Source: Okamejei kenojei
Taxonomy: Eukaryota
DNA length: 64,000 nt
Assembly: GCA_035221665.1 (NCBI GenBank)
Contig: CM069137.1
Coordinates: 76,880,001 to 76,944,000 of the forward strand
Reading direction: 5' to 3'
Shown here: positions 54,401 through 63,400 of the stretch, piece by piece
Layout: the number at the start of each line of letters is the position of its first letter
How positions within the stretch are numbered: the stretch's first letter is position 1
Program-made: the position numbers and the translations under genes
The notes under the pieces: model-generated
Told to the model about the DNA's origin: nothing
The model's database searches: none
What the model saw: the letters and a program-made list of their open reading frames with translations, nothing else

Positions 54401-57400
54401 TACTAATTTGTCCGGATGTGGAAAACATAACTTGCTGGCCTGATTCATCTGAGACTCCACTGGCATTGTTTGGATGATAGCAAAGCCGCCAATGCTTCAT
54501 GAAAAGTCAGCAAAAGCCCACTCTACAGCTCTGCCATCAGTAAAAGTCAAATATGACTAAATAGTTTTGAGCTGTTTACAGAAAGATTAAAATAAATTAA
54601 AAAAAATAAAAACATTAAAAGATATCTGGGAGATAATAAAGGTATTAAGCTAACATTAAGTAATCAAGTAACTCAGTCAATTTGCCTTCTAATACAAAGT
54701 CTTTCAAAGCTCATTAAAATTACAGAGTCTCGGGTCCTGCGTTCATATGGAGTCCAGAGCAGAGTGAACCATCACATTTGGATTTACGATTATTTAAACA
54801 GATAAATGCAGTGATTCTGGGCCTCTGTTTTTAGCCAACACAAGTTTCAGCCTATTTAAACAAAACAAATTAGCACAGAAGTTGATTAAAATAAGGGTAT
54901 CTTCAAACCTTTTACAGTTAGAAATCCACTGCATTTACTACTTCCAGCAGCATTTGTAGCTTTGCAAGAGTAATTTCCACCATCAGTGATTTCAAGTTCT
55001 TTGATCTCCAAAAATGCAGCATTTTCTTCAAATGAAGTATTATATTTGTGACTAGTCATTATTTCTGTGTTATCTTTGTACCAAGATATGCTGATTGGAA
55101 GAGAACCAGATACTTTGCACTCCATGTGCATTAAGGATCCCAAATTAGTATCCATTTTCTTTAAACTTTTTGTAAAAGATGGAGCAATTATCCGATCTGT
55201 ATAACACAGAACAAAATTAAAATCTTGAAACATCCATTGTAAGATTTTTGAGTTATCCTCCCAATCAGAAACTGGATGGTAAAAGAATTAAAATATAAGA
55301 GGTGGAATGTGCGACCGCTTCTTACGTCTACTGCAGAGCAGAAATGTGTGTCAACTGGTGTAATGTCATTTCTGATCTCATGATACACTGGTAATTCAAT
55401 GTAATACCATAAGCTATTGAGCAGGAGATGTGGTAAACATGCTCCACTCAATAACACTTGAATGATGAGCACAATTGTGACAGTACTGATCATTATATAC
55501 ACAGTAAACCTTCTCTGGAACGGACCATCGGGAGGGGGGGGCATGAAGTCGATTATTGCCAATTCTCTGTCATAATCGAGTAAGGTGTTAGAATTATATG
55601 TAGTTGAAGCACAGAACTGCAGATGATGGTTAACACAATAAAGAATGCAAAGTGCTGGAGTAACTCAGCAGGTCAGGCACAGATAAGTGATATCAAGACC
55701 CTTCTTCAGACAGATTCAGTCTGCTGAGTTACTCCAGCACTTTGTGTTCCTTCACCTTAAAACTAGGTGCCGATACCACTATTCTACACCAGCAAGCCCT
55801 TCTTCAATGGTTTATTGTGGCTCATGTTGTAGCCCCTGGGTGCAGCCCTCTCTTCAGGATGCTGCCAATGACAATAAAAGCTCAATAAACGCTTCTAATG
55901 TGGGGATGTCAGCGACTCCAAGGAAGAAGGAGAAGGAGGTCTGGGGTGAGGGCGGGGGGTGTTACAGAGAGGCCGAGTAGACAGAGCGATGGAAGTAGGA
56001 AGCAGCGGTTGTGCAGGGAGCGGACATAGCCAACGCCAAATGGAAGAAGCAGCTGCAGGTGAGAGGGGAGTGAGCCCCATGGTGAACGAGCGTGTTCCTG
56101 TAGGTGGCGGCGGACTGAAGAAAGCACTGTTCCCAGGGCTACATGAGCTGCAACAACAGCAGTATCACCCGGACCACGTGGTGGGTGAAGAAGGGCTTAC
56201 GTCAGACAGGGACCCTCGGAAACCTGTGCTCTAGGCAGCTGGGTAGGCGGTGCGAGTCAGGGGTCTGTCCTCTAAAACCGAAATCCGCTAAAATGAGGAT
56301 TTTGGTTATACATTTTGTGTGGATTTAGAAGACAATACAAGTTGAATACATAAATTTGATTTAAAAGTATTTAAAGTATAATCTTCTTAAACTGTCTTAA
56401 AATTATACTGAACCCTTTCAGCTGCTATTATAAAATGTACTATCAATGATTTCAACACATAGAAAATCACCAACCTAGCACTGTCAATGAAGTTGTGCAG
56501 CTGCTGTGTCCAAACTCATTCTGTACTTCAAAAGCATATTCCCCTCTATCATCCTTATCAACAGCCTGTATCTTTAGGACTGCCACCTTATTCAAGAAAG
56601 TCACTTTATATTTCCTGCTGGATGCCAATTCATTTTGATTCTTGAACCATCGAACTTTCAGTTCTGGAGTACCAGCAACAACACATTCCAAGATTGCCAT
56701 TGTTCCTGAGGTTACACTTAAAGGCTCTGGTTTCTCTACAATTTGTGCAGGTTCTGCAAGAAAAACCATACATTCTCAATTGATGACGTAAAAAAAAATA
56801 TTTTCTCTTGAACTCATCATACATGACTGAAATTGACAAAGGTTAAGTGCATCATACCAACCTGTTACTGCCAAAGTTGCAAAACACTTCTCAGTTCCTG
56901 CATCATTCGAAGCCTGACATGTGTACTTTCCACTATGATTTGATTCAATAGAAGCAATGTGCAGTACAGCAATACCATTCTCAAAAGATATCTTAATGTT
57001 TTCATCTTCTCTGATTTCATCTTTGTCCTTCATCCATGTGACATATATGGGAGTTGAGCCTTCTATTTGGCTGTTAAAACTGGCTGAATTTCCAGACAAT
57101 GTGGTAACATTTTCAATCCCTTTCACAAAGGAGGGTGGTTCTGATTTAGAGTTAAGAATTGTGTTAATTCGATGTAAGAATCAGACTCTCAGCAACTATG
57201 CATGTTACAGCCATAAAATCAAGTAGCAATGAAATCCAAAATGGATATATTAAAAATATGAAAATATAAAATGGCTGGCATTTAATAACTGACCTTTTAA
57301 TCTGACTACAGCAGCACAAGTACAACTTCCCACATCATTTGTTGCTTCACACTGGTATTCACCAGCATCTGAATTATCAACTTTCTGAATAAAAAGACTA

Positions 57401-60400
57401 GTTAAAGATTTTCCAGTCGTCATCTTGAATTTTATACTTGACTGAATTTGCTTATTGTCCTTATACCAAATCACATCAAATGGACTTGTACCAGAAATGT
57501 CACATTCAAGACTGATGTCATTTCCTTTCACTACCTCAATTGGTTGCAGTTTCTTGCTAAAAGAAGGAGGTTCTTTTTAAAAAAAGAAAGGAAAAGAATT
57601 AAGGTACCTGATCAGATAATACACATCACTGGAAAATAAGTTTTCAAATTCTGTCATTACATTTTATGATCACACACCTTTAACAGTAACTGTAACATTG
57701 CAGTTGTCAAAGCCAGCTTCATTCTCTGCTCTACAAGTGTAATATCCACTGTCTTCCACACTGACATTATTAAGTTCAAGAACAGATTTTGAATCAACAA
57801 AGGACATCCTGAATTTGTCACTTGGGAGAATTTCACTTTCTTGCTTGTACCAATTGACTTTAATCTCCGGTGTACCAGTTATAGTACACTCTAGAGATGT
57901 TGAACTTCCTTTTTTCAATAATGTTATACGATCTGGTTTCTTAATGAAGTTTGGAGGCTCTATAAACCAAAATGCAATGAAATTAATGAGAAAATAAAAC
58001 AAAAGATTTTATGTAAACTCAATAAATACATTGGAATAATATAGTTGATTAGCATGACAAAAGCATTATCATAAAGATCATGGACAAAATGTGTCATCTG
58101 TCATTGATTTATGATTTACATTTTAAACGACATGAAATTCACGAACACATGTAAAGACCACTGAAAATTGACAAATCACAAGCTAAAAATGGTTTGGAAA
58201 GTTTGGAAATGGTTTACCTCGAGTCCTATCCGTCCATATCAAAATCTTAGCTCTGTGCCTAATCTCCACAAATGATATGCAGCACTAATCTTCACTTATC
58301 ATGATTATCATGGTTTTCACATCATGATTTTCAAACAATGACAGCTGGACAAGTGGGTTGAGGAGTAGCTAATAGAGTTTAATGGAGGTGTTCCATTTTG
58401 GGAGGTCAAACAGGCAAAGACCCTCATGGTGAATTGTAGGGCCTTGTGGAGTGTTGTTGAACAGAGGGATCCAGGAAAATAGCCTCAGGTTTATAGGATG
58501 GTCAAGATTGCTTTTGGTTCATTGGCTTTCTTCAGTCAGGATATTGATTATAGAAGTTGAAATGTTATGTTACAGTTGAACAACACCTTGGGGAGGCCGC
58601 ATTGGAGTATTGTGTTTAGTTCTGGTCAACTTGTTATAGGAAGGAAGTTAAGAATGCAGACAACCTGAGCTATAGGGAGAGGTTGGGCAGTCTAGGACTT
58701 TATTCCTCAGAGTGTAAGAGGCTGAGGGGTAATCTTATAGGTATATAAAATCATGAGGGGAAAAGTTATGGTGAATGCACGGAGTCTTTCACCTTGAGAT
58801 GGGAACACCAGAGGACATAGGTTTAAGGTGAAAGCGGAAAGGTTTAATAGGAACCTGATAGGAACAAGCTTCCAGAGGAGTTTGTTGAGGTTAGTACTGT
58901 AACAAAGGTTTGAGCATGATCTGTTGAAAGGAATGTATATGTCAAACTATTCTGCTTAATTTCAGAATATCTCCATAATTCTTAAAAAGACAAGTGAGAA
59001 AACAAAGGAAAAACACAGCAGTGGACCCTCCTGAGCATACAATGCTACAGGGATGACTTGGCACCATTAAGATTGGATGGCGCCTCTGCAGTAGAAATTG
59101 GGCAAAACAGTAAACCCAAGTTGCGGCCTCACTATCAAACCATGTCTATTTATGGACTGCCTCTCATTAAGTTTTCTTTTGTGATAATTCTACTATCTTA
59201 ACTTTAATGTTCTGTGAATTATATGTCTTTGTTCATGCTGCATTGAATTGGTCAGCACCTTGTACTCAAATATACATTTAATTATCGAAGTAAAATTGCA
59301 AAAAGGAATGAGTTTCTAACTAAAGAACTTGACACTAAACAATCTTTACGTTTATCTTGTTCCATAGCATGTGCGCAAGGTTTCTTTTTTACATAATTGG
59401 AGTGCACAATTGTTATCTAGCAAGGGAATAATTGTAAAAATAAAATATTCCTGACTGCTTTCCATTGACTTGCTCACAGAAAAAAAAGTTTGAGATGGAA
59501 AATATAAATAGATATTGATATTGATATTGCAGATTTCAAAGGCAGAATACGGTGCAAGCTCATAATGGGCCTGTCCCACGTAGGTGATTTTTCAGGTGAC
59601 TGCCGGCGACTGTCAGAGTGGAACACAAACACATCGCAGGCAGGGGACAGAGCAAGCAGGGAGAGCTCTGTCTAAAATTCACACGGTGCAAAGCCAAGAT
59701 GATACAGACACACACCGCGATGAAAAGGAAGGTTGGTGTTGTAATTAAGATGGCTACAGCACAGAGTACGGTAAGTCATTAAAAAAAGGTGGAAGAGAGG
59801 GGGGGGGGGGAGAAGGGGGAAGAAGGAGTGGAGACAACTTTAAACAAGCCAGGCAACTTTTAAGAAGCCAGAGATACACGGCTGTGAAGTTCAGCAGACA
59901 TTTAACATTACCGGTCGGTTATCCTTGGTTCTGAAAACTACCACTTACGTTTTTTTTCCCCACTGAGTCAATTAAATTCACCAGTCAGCACCGGCTACAA
60001 TCTACAAAAATCTATGAGAACCTTCGACCTCTTGGCAACCCACTAGGACCTCCTGGCGGCCCACCTACGGCACGAGAATTCTCGCTATTCTCCATGGTGG
60101 CTTCATTCTAGTCACCGCTAATTTTTCAACATGTCGAAAAATTCACGGCGACCATAATGAGGCTGCGACTAGTTCCCAGAATGCGGGAATCCCCATGACC
60201 ATGAAGGCATCTCCCCGGCAACCACCCGCGAACATGCGGCGACCATGTGGCGACTGCATAGTCTCCAGCAGTCACCTAAAAAGTCGCCTAAGCGGGACAG
60301 GCACATTAGTTTGGCCATAAAGTCCTGAAGTTATATATAGCGAATGCAAATTTCCAATTAAAAACAAAGATTATGGGGCATGCCATTGCATCAGTTTACA

Positions 60401-63400
60401 TAAAGACATAAAGAACAAAAGGTAGAAAAAGATAAATGTTTCATCAGTCTAATAAAAGTAAGACACAGCTATTAGTATTAATGTGGAAAGAAGATTCAGG
60501 CTGAAAAGAACGCAGTATGGATAAGTATAAATTGAAAAAAAAGGGAATCTTCACATAAAGTTATTTTTTCAAAAGAAACAATGAAATGAAACCATTTACA
60601 TCGCTACAAAGAATCAATAGATATTCCACACCTTTGACAAAAAGACTTGCCACGCACGATTCAGTGCCAACTTCATTGCTGACTCGGCAAGTGTATTCAC
60701 CAGTATCAGCGACTTTTGCTGAATGGAGTTGTAGCATACTTGTTGAACCTTCTTTTGAAATGTACAGTGAATTACTCGGCACCAACTCCTTTTTGTCCTT
60801 GAACCATTTGATGGTTATTGGTGGAGTTCCACTAATAACACTCCTAAACTGTACTTTGGAACCAGGTACGACATCCTGGGACAAAGGCTTCACAGTGAAA
60901 TATGGTTGTTCTAAAAATTCCAGAGGAAAACTAGTCATTATCACAATATAATAAAATAAAATTTAATAAAGTACTTTTTATGAAAATAGAAATGTTATAC
61001 CAAGATTGGCATAAGAATAAATGGGTATGTGCAATACATGCATTCTCAACATGTTTGTAAAGCACTAAATTAAATGAATGACAAGTATTGTTTTGCCATA
61101 GAGGGAGTACAGAGAAGGTTCATCAGACTGATTCCTGGGATGGCCGGACTTTCATATGAAGAAAGACTGGATAGACTCGGCTTGTACTCACTAGAATTTA
61201 GAAGATTGAGGGGGGATCTTATAGAAACTTACAATATTCTTAAGGGGTTGGACAGGCTAGATGCAGGAAGATTTTTTCTCGATGTTGGGGAAGTCCAGAA
61301 CAAGGGGTCACAGTTTAGGGATGGGGGGTGAGATGAGAAAAAAAAAAATCACACAGAGAATGGTGAATCTGTGGAATTCTCTGCCACAGAAAGTAGTTGA
61401 GGCCAATTCATTGGCTATATTTAAGAGGGAGTTAGATGTGGCCCTTGTGGCTAAAGGGATCAGGGGGGTATGGAGAGAAGGCAGGTACGGGATACTGAGT
61501 TGGATGATCAGCCATGATCATATTGAATGGCGGTGTAGGCTCGAAGGGCCGAATGGCCTACTCCTGCACCTTTTTTCTATGTTTCTATGGATAACTGAAG
61601 GTTATTAGTCAATCAGCTGAAGATTATTAGACAATCTGGTTAATTTTGAAGCAATTAAGATATTGATTGCAACATTTCAAACCTTTCACTGTTAAGGCAC
61701 CAATGCTCTGATCAGTTCCAGCAGCATTTGTTGCTCTGCAAGTGTACGTTCCACCATCTGTCATCTCTAATTGATGGATCTCCAACTGTGCAATGTTATC
61801 ATGGTAAGAAAATTTATATTTTTCGGTAGCTGATAATTCTTCATTGTCCTTATACCAAAGCACACTCATTGGAAGAGAACCAGTGATTTTGCATTCCATC
61901 TTAATAAAAGAAGATTTGATGCCATCCATATTTTTTAAGTTTCTTTTGAATATTGGTGGAACTATGCGATCTGTCCAACACATGGTGGGAAATCAAAGAT
62001 TATTATTTCTTCCAAATTCTTTGCAGATTCTTTTCAATAAGTTCAATGAAATGGAAGGGTAAAAATACCAACCCAATACTGTAATGGAAGCTTTGCATCT
62101 GCTGTTACCAACGTCATTTTGGACCTCACAGGCATATTCACCACTATCCTCTTTCTCAGTGAAAGGGATCTTTAAACTAGTAACCTTATTTGTAATGCTG
62201 ATTTTGTATTTTCTCCCACTAATCAACTCTGTGCCATTCTTAAACCATTTGGCTTTAATTTCTGGTGTTCCTGTAAAAGTGCAGTCCAGTGTTGCTGGCT
62301 CTCCTGCAGTTACACTAATAGAGTCTGCTTTTTCTATTATACTTGCAGGTTCTGTGACAATAAAAAAAATCATATTAGAGCAAGAATATGAGAAACAATA
62401 GAAGACTATTAATTTTCCTGCCATGAGCTGAAATATTGAACTAATTAAAAAAAACACACCGACAATCTTTGTAAAGGCTATATTGCTTATCCAAGCCTCC
62501 TTGTGTTCAGGAGAGATGATCAAACAAATGTTTATCGTGTCAAATTGAATTGACTTGAAGTTGTTGGGAGCCAATACACATCAACTGTTAGCGACCCACT
62601 TTGTTTGAGACTTTCCCACCTGCTTTGCAAAATACATAAGTCTGAAAGCCACATACCAACCTATCTAAACTTTCTCCATTCTAGGCTTTCTATCAAGTCC
62701 TGTGGCAAAGTAATGATGTGGAGGAAGGAGAGCAGCATTTTGTAACTATTCCCTCAGTTCTATGTAGGAGCTGGTTAATGCGCAAAGGAGAATTCATTTA
62801 TTTCTTTGAATAAACACAGTTAAAATAATTTATAAAGGAAAATGTGTGAATGATTTAATTTCATTTTACTTTAATGTTTTTAAGTGCTCTACAGTTTTTA
62901 AGTTTTGTTTTACCATTTAAAATAATTAAATCTAATTAACTAATTTTTAAATATTACTTACTCTCAAATATATTAAAACATTGTTCCAAACCATTGGACC
63001 ATGATAAACAGCCATAGGCTGCAAGGGTATTCATAGTGAGAGAGGTTAGACACAAAAACAATAGTTGTTTTCACACCCTTTATGATGTTATATGGCATTA
63101 TGGTAATATGAAAGTTATGTGGCATTTTGAGCATTGACCTGTGGCCTTGTTAAAATACTAATTAAAGATAAGAGTTGATAAAGAAATGAAGGGAGCAACA
63201 TTGAAAGAAACCGAATGAAGGAAGGACACATTAAATAATTTAAAAAAGAGATAGAAAAAAAGATTAGATTAATGGAGTTTTTGAAGGAAATAAAACTAAC
63301 ATGTTTTGAAATCTCTGAGTAATTTACTGCTTGCAAGTAAGATAATAGTTTTAATTGAATAATCCCTTTCTGACCCCACAATATTATACTTCATGTCACT

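Noticed and set aside
10113-62401. Numerous + strand ORFs such as ...[13 protein letters not shown]...
   Set aside because: They are antisense shadows of the Ig exons, recurring only because the exons are repeated; no independent coding evidence
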